Assembly (NCBI GenBank): GCA_021107205.1
Contig: JAIOTD010000041.1
Coordinates: forward strand, 1-29,645
DNA: 29,645 nucleotides
Direction of reading: 5' to 3'
Source: an archaeon
GTDB lineage: Archaea; Nanobdellota; Nanobdellia; SCGC-AAA011-G17; GW2011-AR20
The notes under the pieces were generated by a model, which had not been told where the DNA came from, did not search any database, and saw only the letters and a list, made by a program, of their open reading frames with translations. Below are positions 8,020 to 16,604 of the stretch, in pieces (position 1 is the stretch's first letter; each line of letters begins with the position of its first letter). A program made the position numbers and the translations under genes.

Positions 8020-8460
8020 CTATTTCTTAATCTCTCGTAAATAATCTTTCACCCTTTCAATTATAGAATTCAAATAATATTTCTCTATTTTCTGTTCAAA
8101 TATATTAAGCAAATCATCATTTTCAGTTATTCTATACTTATTGTTAACATTCTCAATCAAAAACAAATCTCTTAATCTTTTAATTTGTCGTCGAATATTG
8201 GAAGAAGCTATTCCTTTCAAAGGCAAATTATTTTCTTTTCTAATCTTAATGGCATATTCTTCAATCTCTTTAGAATCCAACTCTTTATTATTTATCAAAG
8301 ATAAGAATACATCAACAATAATATCTCTAGAATCTCCGGGTTGTAATAAACCAAGAGATAAACATAATTTCTTAACTAGTTCACGTTGAGATAAATCGTA
8401 AGGTTTCTCATATTTACGTAAAGTAATTTCTGCTAGGGGCGTATCTTTAGAAACTTTCAT
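8020..8460 (-). CDS. Winged-helix-type putative DNA-binding protein
   Basis: C-terminal SSNIRRQIKRLRDLFLIENVNNKYRI resembles a recognition helix plus wing. Confidence 0.7.
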   Translation of the reverse strand: MKVSKDTPLAEITLRKYEKPYDLSQRELVKKLCLSLGLLQPGDSRDIIVDVFLSLINNKELDSKEIEEYAIKIRKENNLPLKGIASSNIRRQIKRLRDLFLIENVNNKYRITENDDLLNIFEQKIEKYYLNSIIERVKDYLREIKK

Positions 8461-8561
8461 TTTTTTAAAGTTCTATTCTTCCCGCCTTTTTTGTAAACTC
8501 TATAACGTCGTTTAGCTTTTTTATCTCCTTTACTTTTTCTTGTGTTTGGGTCTGATGTCAT
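8457..8561 (-). CDS. 34-aa basic micropeptide (not in ORF track)
   Basis: MTSDPNTRKSKGDKKAKRRYRVYKKGGKNRTLKK*; stop overlaps the downstream ATG (ATGA); TTTATAAC about 20 nt upstream. Confidence 0.6.
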   Translation of the reverse strand: MTSDPNTRKSKGDKKAKRRYRVYKKGGKNRTLKK

Positions 8562-8638
8562 ATAGTTTCAACTCAACTTGAAGTTATAAACATGTATTTA
8601 TATTTAGGAATTTTTAAGTCTTTTGGAGGTTTTCAAAA

Positions 8639-9406
8639 ATGAAAAACGACAATAAAAATTTTATAATTGCCCTTATGGGTTTGGCTTTAGTGTTAACTTC
8701 AGTATTTGCTGTTAGTATAGCCACAGGTAATGATCCAACAGAAATAATTGAAGTTCCATGGAAGCAAGATAGAGAGACTATTGTAGTTTCTGGAAGTTCT
8801 ACAATACAAATAGATCCAGATGAAGCAATATTGACTCTAACTATTAGAACAGAATCTGAAGATGCAGATGATGCAGCTGAAGAAAATGCAGATATAACTG
8901 ACGATGTTATTGATGCATTAAGAAAAGAGGTTGATAAAGATAATATAGAAACACTACATTACAGAGTAAATCCGATGTATAAGTATGACTACGAAACTAA
9001 CTACAGGGAAGAAGTTGGTTATGAAGTTGTGCATGTATTAGAAGTAACTACTGAGGATTTTGATGATGTAGGAGATTTAGTAGATTTAGCAATTAGTGAA
9101 GGTGCTACAAGTATAGATAATGTAAGGTTTGATATAAGTGAAGAGAAAAGAGAAGAGTTTTACCAAGATGTTTTAGCAGATGCTAGTGGAAATGCTAGAA
9201 AGAAAGCAGAAGCTATAGCAGATGGTTTAGACTTGACTTTAGGTAAGATTGTAAGTATTACAGAATCTAACAACAATTACAGACCTTATTACTATGCAAC
9301 TGATTTGGCTATGGAAGCTGGAGCATTAAAATCTGCTGATACAGAAATTTTACCACAAGAGTTAGAGTTACAAGGATACATAACAGTAGAATTTGAAATC
9401 TACTGA
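8639..9406 (+). CDS. SIMPL (DUF541) domain protein with N-terminal signal/anchor
   Basis: Hydrophobic N-terminus; IVVSGSSTIQIDPDEAILTL, A..NARKKAEAIADGL..TLGKIVSITE and EILPQELELQGYITVEFEI are typical of SIMPL. Confidence 0.9.
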   Translation: MKNDNKNFIIALMGLALVLTSVFAVSIATGNDPTEIIEVPWKQDRETIVVSGSSTIQIDPDEAILTLTIRTESEDADDAAEENADITDDVIDALRKEVDKDNIETLHYRVNPMYKYDYETNYREEVGYEVVHVLEVTTEDFDDVGDLVDLAISEGATSIDNVRFDISEEKREEFYQDVLADASGNARKKAEAIADGLDLTLGKIVSITESNNNYRPYYYATDLAMEAGALKSADTEILPQELELQGYITVEFEIY

Positions 9407-9460
9407 TTTTTTTTCTTTTTTTTAATTAATCTTAAATAGTTTTTCTTTAGATTTAAGTTT

Positions 9461-9796
9461 ATGACTACAATTAGATTAATTAATGGAGAATATTATACTC
9501 TTGGGGAAGGTGAAAAATTAATTCCTGAGTTAAATTGTTCTGTTGATGGAACGATACTTATTGATCGTGGTTTGATTTTAGGGTCTCATTCTGCTTCTTG
9601 TGTTTCTTGTGGAACTTTGTATTTTGGTTCAAAAGAGTATCCAAGTCAAACAAAATTGGATAAATATGGACATAACAGGGCTAATGAATTGCGAGCTAGA
9701 TTTATTGCAGGTGATATTCTTGGAAAAGATATTCATAGAATTGAAGCTGTTTTAATAAAAGCTCTTGAAAGAGGCCTTATTCAAAAAATTGCTTAA
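9461..9796 (+). CDS. Hypothetical protein
   Basis: 111-aa ORF with one CxxC (CVSC) and its own TATA-like element. Confidence 0.6.
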   Translation: MTTIRLINGEYYTLGEGEKLIPELNCSVDGTILIDRGLILGSHSASCVSCGTLYFGSKEYPSQTKLDKYGHNRANELRARFIAGDILGKDIHRIEAVLIKALERGLIQKIA

Positions 9797-9840
9797 TTTT
9801 TACAATAAAATTTAAATACCTTTACTTTTTCTAAAAAATA

Positions 9841-10353
9841 ATGAAAAGAAATTACAGAATACCTACTGAATATATGACAGGGAATATTCATGCTATTGCT
9901 GTTAAGCCTAATTCATTAGAAAGACAATTAATGTTTATTGATTCTGTAGAAACTTCTTTAATATCTGGTTTCGAATATTTGAAAAGTTATATCTCTGACT
10001 TTGGAAGTACTATTTATTCAACAACAATAACTTATCTTAATCCTATTATGATTTATGCAATGGGTGGAAAGGGTTCGAAAGGTGAAAGTGATATGGGTTT
10101 AAAAGGTAAGAGAGAAAATGCAAAAGGGAAAGGTTCTGGAAAAAGGAAGAGGAAGGATAAAGATAAAGAGAGGGAGCAAAAGAGACAAATAAAGGAAACT
10201 CAAATGAAAAAACCTTCTGGAAGAAGTAAATATGCACAAAGTGCAAAGAGAAGTGGTGGTAATTGGAATAATATTCCTGAACTCGAAGTACCTGAAGAAG
10301 ATAGTTTATTAATTCCAAGGCCCAGAGTTTTATTAGATGATGATAGATGGTAA
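9841..10353 (+). CDS. Hypothetical protein with basic low-complexity C-terminal half
   Basis: 170-aa ORF; K/R/G-rich segment; TTTAAATA upstream. Confidence 0.65.
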   Translation: MKRNYRIPTEYMTGNIHAIAVKPNSLERQLMFIDSVETSLISGFEYLKSYISDFGSTIYSTTITYLNPIMIYAMGGKGSKGESDMGLKGKRENAKGKGSGKRKRKDKDKEREQKRQIKETQMKKPSGRSKYAQSAKRSGGNWNNIPELEVPEEDSLLIPRPRVLLDDDRW

Positions 10354-10397
10354 TATTTTAAGATAAATTTATAAATAAACTATTTCTAAAATAAACT

Positions 10398-10754
10398 ATG
10401 ACAGAATTAATTGCTTGTTTATCAACTGGAAAAGGAACTTGGGGTCATGTTAACAGACTAATTCAAGACGGCGGTTTTGAAAAAGTATTTCTAATAACAA
10501 ATGATTATGGAAAAGAAAATTTCCAAAAAAGTGAAAAGATGGAATTAATTGCAGTTAACTTAAGCCAAGGATTAAATGAATTAAGAGATAATATTCTAAA
10601 TGAATTGAAACCAAGAGTGAAGGGTACTGAAGTTGTGGTAAACTTTGTTTCTGGAACTGGAAAAGAACATATGGCATTAATAGCTGCTTTATTAAAAATG
10701 GGAATAGGAATAAGACTTACTGCTTTAACAAAAGAAGGTATAGAAGAAATTTAA
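10398..10754 (+). CDS. Stand-alone CARF-like Rossmann-fold protein
   Basis: Alternating beta/alpha pattern; LIACLSTGKGT and VVVNFVSGTGKEHMAL resemble the two CARF signature loops. Fold inferred, not searched. Confidence 0.55.
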   Translation: MTELIACLSTGKGTWGHVNRLIQDGGFEKVFLITNDYGKENFQKSEKMELIAVNLSQGLNELRDNILNELKPRVKGTEVVVNFVSGTGKEHMALIAALLKMGIGIRLTALTKEGIEEI

Positions 10755-10790
10755 AAACCTTTAAGAGTTTTTTTCTTTAATATTAATTTT

Positions 10791-11168
10791 ATGACTTTGG
10801 TAGAACTTGTTGGAGCAGAAGAAAGTGCGTGTCTTGAAACAATTGAAGTAATAAAAGATAAAGCTATCAAAGATGTTAATTCTAACTGTAAAGAAGGAGA
10901 TGTTTTACTTAGGGCTCTTACGCTTATAGATATTAATATTGATGGTATGATATTTTATTTAAGAGAAATTTATGGGCAAAATTTAAGATTAAATAACGAT
11001 TTAACATTGGTTGAAGAACTGAAAAAGCAAGAGTTAAAACATTCTGATAAATTAAGTGAAAATCTTCCTTACTTAACCTGCGCATATAGATTACATAATC
11101 ATTTAATAAATATTTATGCTGTAGTTGGAAGTATAAAAAAAGGTGAGCAATTATTCTGCAGTTTATAA
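10791..11168 (+). CDS. Hypothetical helical protein
   Basis: 125-aa ORF; no recognised motif. Confidence 0.6.
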   Translation: MTLVELVGAEESACLETIEVIKDKAIKDVNSNCKEGDVLLRALTLIDINIDGMIFYLREIYGQNLRLNNDLTLVEELKKQELKHSDKLSENLPYLTCAYRLHNHLINIYAVVGSIKKGEQLFCSL

Positions 11169-11208
11169 TTTAGTAAGTTTTATATTAATTTATTTCTTAG
11201 ATTAAAAC

Positions 11209-12261
11209 ATGGGATTATTCGATGATGCTAAATCAAATAGTAGTTTATTTCTTAATCCGGTAGCTCTTGATTATGAGTATCAACCGAAAATGGTTCCTTA
11301 CAGAGAAAACCAACAACATTTCATTGCTACTTGCATCAAACCTTTGTTTCAGAAAAGAAATGGGAGAAACTTATTTATTTTTGGTAAACCAGGAATTGGA
11401 AAGACTGTAGCTACTAAACATGTTTTAAATGAACTAGAAGAACAAACAGATGATATATTACCAATTTACATTAATGGTTGGAGAAAAAATACTCCTTACA
11501 AAATATTATTAGAGATTTGTGAAGTTATAGGTTACAAATTTACACAAAATAAAAAAACGGAAGAATTATTTCAAGCTGTTTTACCTTTTATTAATAAAAA
11601 AGCTTTGGTTTTATGTTTGGATGAAGTTGATAAAGTAAAAGAGATTGATATTTTATACAGTTTTTTAGAAGATATTTACAATAAAACTATAATCTTAATT
11701 ACAAATGAAAAATATTGGTTAGATAAATTAGATACAAGAATTAAATCTAGATTATTACCTGAAATATTAGAATTTAAAACATATAATTTTGAAGAAGTTC
11801 AAGGAATTTTAAAACAAAGAATTGAACATGCATTTATCCCTAATGTTTTTGATAATGAATCTTTAAAAAATTTAGCTAACAAAACTTTTGATTTAGGTGA
11901 TTTAAGAACTGGAATGTATTTGTTAAAAGAAAGTGGTGATGCAGCAGAATTAAGGCAAAGTAAAAAAATAGAAATCGTTGACATAGATAAAGCATTAGAT
12001 AAATTAAATAAATTTAAAATTAAAAGTTCTGAAGATTTAAATTCAGAACAAAGTTCTTTATTAGATTTAATAGAAAATAATCAAGATAAAAGTACCACTG
12101 AGTTACATAAATTATTTAATTCTAAAATAAGTTACAAAAGTTTTAAAAGAAGATTAGATGACTTAAAGAACGCTAAGTTAATAGATTTTGAAGAGAAAAG
12201 CTTAGGCGCTGGTGGAAGAGTAACAAAAGTAAGTTTACCTAAAAAATTAAATGAATTCTAG
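11209..12261 (+). CDS. cdc6: Orc1/Cdc6 family replication initiator (short form)
   Basis: Walker A GKPGIGKT, Walker B LCLDEVD, RIKSRL arginine finger, GDLR sensor 2, C-terminal winged helix. Confidence 0.92.
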   Translation: MGLFDDAKSNSSLFLNPVALDYEYQPKMVPYRENQQHFIATCIKPLFQKRNGRNLFIFGKPGIGKTVATKHVLNELEEQTDDILPIYINGWRKNTPYKILLEICEVIGYKFTQNKKTEELFQAVLPFINKKALVLCLDEVDKVKEIDILYSFLEDIYNKTIILITNEKYWLDKLDTRIKSRLLPEILEFKTYNFEEVQGILKQRIEHAFIPNVFDNESLKNLANKTFDLGDLRTGMYLLKESGDAAELRQSKKIEIVDIDKALDKLNKFKIKSSEDLNSEQSSLLDLIENNQDKSTTELHKLFNSKISYKSFKRRLDDLKNAKLIDFEEKSLGAGGRVTKVSLPKKLNEF

Positions 12262-12351
12262 AAAATATATATTGTATTCCAACTCCACAAGACAATTCTC
12301 CACTTAAAGTATATAAGGAAAATTCCTAAACTAATTATTGGAGGTGTTAAA

Positions 12352-12489
12352 ATGAAAATTTTTAACTTTATGAGGAAAAAAGAATTTTTAGCATGGGAGG
12401 AATATTTTAGATTAATAGAGGCAAAAGATAATTTACATTTCATTAATCAAACAAGTTTGCAGAGTATGAATAACTGGAGGTTAAGATGA
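12352..12489 (+). CDS. 45-aa micropeptide A (not in ORF track)
   Basis: MKIFNFMRKKEFLAWEEYFRLIEAKDNLHFINQTSLQSMNNWRLR*; RBS GGAGGTG at 12340-12346. Confidence 0.6.
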   Translation: MKIFNFMRKKEFLAWEEYFRLIEAKDNLHFINQTSLQSMNNWRLR

Positions 12490-12596
12490 ATTTCAATCCT
12501 GAAGCAATTTTAAGTCAAAGATTAAACAAATTAGGTATGAATGATTTTGAAAAAAGAACTTTTAATATAAACAGATATATCGAGGGTTTAAAATGA
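12486..12596 (+). CDS. 36-aa micropeptide B (not in ORF track)
   Basis: MNFNPEAILSQRLNKLGMNDFEKRTFNINRYIEGLK*; GGAGGT RBS and ATGA overlap with A. Confidence 0.6.
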   Translation: MNFNPEAILSQRLNKLGMNDFEKRTFNINRYIEGLK

Positions 12597-12691
12597 ATGT
12601 TTATAATAAAAATCACTTATTTGAAATGATGGACGGTGATGAAGTTAATGATAATGAATTGGGATTTATGCAAGGATATTTAGAGTTTTGA
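12593..12691 (+). CDS. 32-aa acidic micropeptide C (not in ORF track)
   Basis: MNVYNKNHLFEMMDGDEVNDNELGFMQGYLEF*; GAGGGT RBS and ATGA overlap with B. Confidence 0.65.
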   Translation: MNVYNKNHLFEMMDGDEVNDNELGFMQGYLEF

Positions 12692-12925
12692 ATCTAAATA
12701 TTCTCTTACTTTTTCTTTTTCTTCCTGATTAAGTTCTCTTTCAGTATTAGTTAAACAATATACATAACAACCAACCATGGGTTTATCAGGACTAGAATAA
12801 TCTGTTGCTTTAAAATCTGGCCAAATTATATTCAAGTGTATTCCTCTTGATTCACAATAACTTTTTCTTTCAGATAATTCTAGTCTATATTTTCTTATAT
12901 CTTCTTCTATACTTTCAAAATCCAT
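12680..12925 (-). CDS. Hypothetical protein
   Basis: 81-aa ORF; TTTAAATA at 12951-12958 upstream; 12-nt convergent overlap with micropeptide C. Confidence 0.55.
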   Translation of the reverse strand: MDFESIEEDIRKYRLELSERKSYCESRGIHLNIIWPDFKATDYSSPDKPMVGCYVYCLTNTERELNQEEKEKVREYLDSKL

Positions 12926-13034
12926 ATATTTTCAAATATTAAGAAATTTTATTTAAATTTGATTGAAGAAAATTTATTTTTTTGCACAGAAATAAATAAT
13001 AAAAAGAATTAAGGAATATTATGAAGAAGAAATC

Positions 13035-13088
13035 TTATTTCTTCTTCTTTTTTCCTGCTTTTTTCTTTGTTTTTTTCTTTTTTGCCAT
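13035..13088 (-). CDS. 17-aa poly-lysine micropeptide (not in ORF track)
   Basis: MAKKKKTKKKAGKKKKK*; GAGGTG RBS 8 nt upstream, preceded by a TTCTTCC/GGAAGAA hairpin and a TATA-like element. Confidence 0.55.
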   Translation of the reverse strand: MAKKKKTKKKAGKKKKK

Positions 13089-13210
13089 TTTTTATACACC
13101 TCTTTCTTCCCGGTTAAGATGGAAGAACATAATAAAATTTAAATAAGAATTATTTTTGCTAAAATTATTTTTCATATCTTAATTTATGATTAATTTGTTT
13201 ATATACTTTT

Positions 13211-13954
13211 CTATTTCAAAAATAAATTTTGGAAATTCATGTAAATTAATTTTTCAACTTCTTCTTCAGAAAGGTTTTTTATCGATGCTATAATCTTTAT
13301 TGTTTCTTTTACAAAAATAGGTTCATTTATTTTTTCTTTGTAAGGACTTAAGAAAGGAGCATCTGTTTCTGTTAACAATTTAGAAATGTCTGTTGTCTCA
13401 ACAACTTTTTGAAAATGTTGTAACCTAACAATATTTGCAGGTATGGAAAAATACCAATTATTATTTTGAATTCTTTCAACCAACTTAAAGTTTCCACAAA
13501 AGCAATGCATAACAACTTTTTTTAAACCTGCTTCTTCAATTAAATCAATACAATCTTTTTCTGCTTTTCTTGAGTGTATAACAACAGGTTTATCTAGTTT
13601 TTTTGCTAAATTTAACAACTTAACAAAAACTTCTTTCTGTCTTTCAGGATTTTTATCTTCAGAGTAATCTAAACCAATTTCACCTATAGAATATATTTTA
13701 TCTTTATTATATTCTATAAATTTAATTTCTTCTTCTAATTGTTCATCATTAATCTCAACAGCATGAAAAGGATATAATCCAAAAGATGGTTTTACAAGAT
13801 CATATTTTTCAGATAAATCTAAAACTTCTTTATTACTTTTCAAATCAGTACCAGAACAAACAATTGCTGCCATGTTTTTTGCTCTTTCAATTACTTCAGG
13901 CAAATTATTTTTAAATTGTTCAAAATTAAGATGGCAATGTACATCAACTAACAT
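13211..13954 (-). CDS. tatD: TatD family nuclease
   Basis: DVHCHL, IGEIGLDY, VIHSRKA, MHCF and LLTETDAPFL motifs. Confidence 0.96.
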   Translation of the reverse strand: MLVDVHCHLNFEQFKNNLPEVIERAKNMAAIVCSGTDLKSNKEVLDLSEKYDLVKPSFGLYPFHAVEINDEQLEEEIKFIEYNKDKIYSIGEIGLDYSEDKNPERQKEVFVKLLNLAKKLDKPVVIHSRKAEKDCIDLIEEAGLKKVVMHCFCGNFKLVERIQNNNWYFSIPANIVRLQHFQKVVETTDISKLLTETDAPFLSPYKEKINEPIFVKETIKIIASIKNLSEEEVEKLIYMNFQNLFLK

Positions 13955-13955
13955 T

Positions 13956-15106
13956 TTATAATAAGTTTAACAATGGGCTTACAATCCATGTTAATAATTT
14001 CAAAATATAAGGCCATAGATTTATGAAAATTATTACTGCTATAAATATACTAACATATTTATTGATTTCACTTACTGTTTTTTTCTTTTTTATAAATAAT
14101 GATAAAGCAATAGGCAACATTCTTCCACCATCTGTAATAAAGACAGGTAATAAATTAAATAACCCAATACCCAAATTAATTACCCATAACCAAAATAATA
14201 ATGTCATAAGCCAAGTATAAAAACTACCAAATAATTTAGGAACATTATCTTTATACTTACTTGTTTGTTGAATTTGTACACCAATCTTATCATTTTCATC
14301 AGGAACTACATTATAGTCTCCTTTATCCGTAACTAGAATCAAATTATTCGAATTTTCTAATTCATAAATTAAATCTTTAGTATTCGAAACAGAAATTCCA
14401 TTAATTTCTTTTATTAAAGTTCCTGGTTGCATTCCCGAAATATTTGCAGGAGAACCTTCATCTATTGAAACAATGTAAAGTCCTTCTGGTTCTGTTATTG
14501 AAGTCTGAATCGGGAAAAATACAAACTGAACTAATAATAAAACTATAAATGCTGTTACAATATTTGAGAAAGGACCTGCGGCCAATACAGATAATTGTGC
14601 TTTTGTAGAACTTTTCTTCAATTGTTTTTCATCAGGCTCTACAAATGCTGCTAATATTGGACCAAGAAATGCAAATCCTGAACTTTTTACTTTTATTTTA
14701 TATAATTTAGAAAATATTCCGTGAGAAAATTCATGAATTACAGCTACGACTAATATTCCAATTATCCAATGCCAAAAAGATAATATAGGTAAACCTGGAA
14801 TTTTTACTCCTGGCAAGACGGGAGCAACTGCTGGTGGAGCACCAGGAACAAAAATTAAATCTATAGTTCCTTTAACTAAGAAATAAAGTATGAACAACAT
14901 TCCAAGAAATCCAACATAAATACCAATAACACCTAATGTTCTCCAAAAATTAGGAAAATATTTAGAAACTTTCTTCATTGCTTTAATTCCTAATTTAGTT
15001 TTATAAAGTACAAGAATTCCCTGAACTTGAAATTTCTTTTTATTTTTTAAGTAATATAAAAATATTAATCCATAAATATAATTGCAAATAAAAGATCATA
15101 GTTCAT
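13956..15106 (-). CDS. Site-2 protease (M50) with PDZ domain; true start 15106, one-base frameshift at about 15074-15076
   Basis: HEFSH and NLLPVFITDGG motifs plus a PDZ segment. Adding one T joins MNYDLLFAIIF to YGLIFLYYLKNKKKFQVQGILVLYKTKLGIKAMKK. The ATG at 15106 overlaps the rpl40e stop (ATGA). Confidence 0.9.
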
Positions 15107-15264
15107 TTTTTTCTTAAAGGTCTTAAAGCTTTACTTTGACATTTTCTACATTTAACTTTTTTCTGTAGAACCTTTTGTGGTTGTGCTCTTATTTTAGTCT
15201 TACATTTCCTACAAACATAAATACCATGTTGTAATCTTGCTGCTGCTTCTGGAAATTTTGCCAT
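15103..15264 (-). CDS. rpl40e: 50S ribosomal protein L40e (not in ORF track)
   Basis: MAKFPEAAARLQHGIYVCRKCKTKIRAQPQKVLQKKVKCRKCQSKALRPLRKK* (53 aa); two CxxC pairs and LRP ending. Confidence 0.9.
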   Translation of the reverse strand: MAKFPEAAARLQHGIYVCRKCKTKIRAQPQKVLQKKVKCRKCQSKALRPLRKK

Positions 15265-15265
15265 T

Positions 15266-15655
15266 TTATTTTACTTGTTTCATTATTTTTTCATTCATAA
15301 CTTTCCAATAAATTACTTGAGCACCTTCAGATAGACCTGCTTTAAGATCTTCAGGAATTTTTAAATCAAAAGTTTCATATGTTTCCATATCCATTACATT
15401 TGCTGTACTTTCAGTAATAGATAATACTTGTGCATTTTTCTTTTCTATAATAGGAACTTGAACCTTATCATGTCCTGGAAAAATTTCTATTCTTTTTGAA
15501 CCATCAATCATTCCAACTGCTTCTATTCTACATTTAGCATGACCATGTTTTCCGGGTCTTGAAGTTTGAATACTTTTAACAATACATGGAGCTCCATTCA
15601 TAATTATATAATTTCCTACTTTTAAGCTTCCTGCAGAAGTTAATTTAATATCCAT
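15266..15655 (-). CDS. eif5a: Translation factor aIF-5A
   Basis: SRPGKHGHAK hypusine loop. Confidence 0.97.
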   Translation of the reverse strand: MDIKLTSAGSLKVGNYIIMNGAPCIVKSIQTSRPGKHGHAKCRIEAVGMIDGSKRIEIFPGHDKVQVPIIEKKNAQVLSITESTANVMDMETYETFDLKIPEDLKAGLSEGAQVIYWKVMNEKIMKQVK

Positions 15656-15710
15656 AATTTAATTTAGAAAGTTGTGAATTTATAAATATTGTGTTTTGGA
15701 ATTTAATTAA

Positions 15711-16010
15711 TTAAAAAAATTTGCCATATCTTGCAATTTCCATTTGGTCTGCTAATTCTTCAACAGGTCCAAAATGATAACTAGGAGTTACTTTATGATT
15801 ATGATATAATGGTGAATTTAATATGCTTGGAAATCTATATTTATACGTGATTGTGGCTATTCCTTCATGGCTTCCAGCAAAAGGAATTTGAACATAATCT
15901 ATTTGAATAAATTCTCTTGATTTAAAACCTGTAACAGTACCAGAAACTTTTACAAGTCCCTTTTTTCCTACTTTTTTAGAGTAAACGCTGACGTCAGTTC
16001 CTATTTTCAT
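15711..16010 (-). CDS. Hypothetical protein
   Basis: 99-aa ORF with upstream TTTATAAA; no recognised motif. Confidence 0.55.
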   Translation of the reverse strand: MKIGTDVSVYSKKVGKKGLVKVSGTVTGFKSREFIQIDYVQIPFAGSHEGIATITYKYRFPSILNSPLYHNHKVTPSYHFGPVEELADQMEIARYGKFF

Positions 16011-16080
16011 TTTAAAAATTTTTTAATTTTAGAAAGTTCTATTTTTTCTTTTTGACGAGTTTATAAATCTATTGGTAGAA

Positions 16081-16503
16081 TTATTTTTTCTTTTTAGAAA
16101 TCTTTTTCTTAGATTTTTTCTTAACTGGTTTCTTTTTTGTTATTTTTTTCTTTGGTTTTTTCTTTTCTAATGTTTTTAATTCTTTTAAATTAGCATCAAG
16201 TTCTTTTTCTAATTCCTTTATTATCTTTTTAGGATTTTTATCATCACCAATAACATCAATATCTTCTTCTAAAGTTACTTTCCCTTCCATTTTATCATTT
16301 AACTCTTTCATTAACTTTTCAATATACTTTATTCTTAAATTTAAATTAAAAAATTGTTTAGAAAGATTTGCAACTGCAATCCATAATTGTGCATTTTGAG
16401 AATTTGAAGATTTTTCAATAGCTTCCCTATTAGACATAGTTTCTTTTATTTGTATTTCTAAATGATCTTTTATAATCGGATCAACTAAATCTCTCCATGC
16501 CAT
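16081..16503 (-). CDS. Hypothetical coiled-coil protein with Lys-rich tail
   Basis: Helical AQLWIAVANLSKQ..L region followed by KKKPKKKITKKKPVKKK tail. Confidence 0.75.
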   Translation of the reverse strand: MAWRDLVDPIIKDHLEIQIKETMSNREAIEKSSNSQNAQLWIAVANLSKQFFNLNLRIKYIEKLMKELNDKMEGKVTLEEDIDVIGDDKNPKKIIKELEKELDANLKELKTLEKKKPKKKITKKKPVKKKSKKKISKKKK

Positions 16504-16604
16504 TGTATAAAATTAAAGTTCATAAGACTTTATATATTTTTCCATTTTTGAGTAGTTACATATCTAACCAAAATTTTATATAAGTCTGATTAAGGAAATA
16601 TAAT

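Noticed and set aside
13021-13146. 41-aa poly-Phe ORF on the plus strand (MKKKSYFFFFF...) resembling a signal peptide
   Set aside because: It is the antisense of the poly-Lys micro-ORF, which has the strong RBS; only a weak AAGGA precedes this one. Not fully excluded.
12262-13210. Replication origin next to cdc6 (two CTCCAC hexamers, AT-rich tracts)
   Set aside because: No convincing ORB with G-string or repeated TCCA-N-GAAA boxes; AT richness is genome-wide here.
8141-14220. Track ORFs 8141-8389(+), 10046-10318(-), 11799-11984(-), 12258-12443(-), 14023-14220(+)
   Set aside because: All lie antisense to better supported genes; 12258-12443 conflicts with the RBS-supported micropeptide operon.
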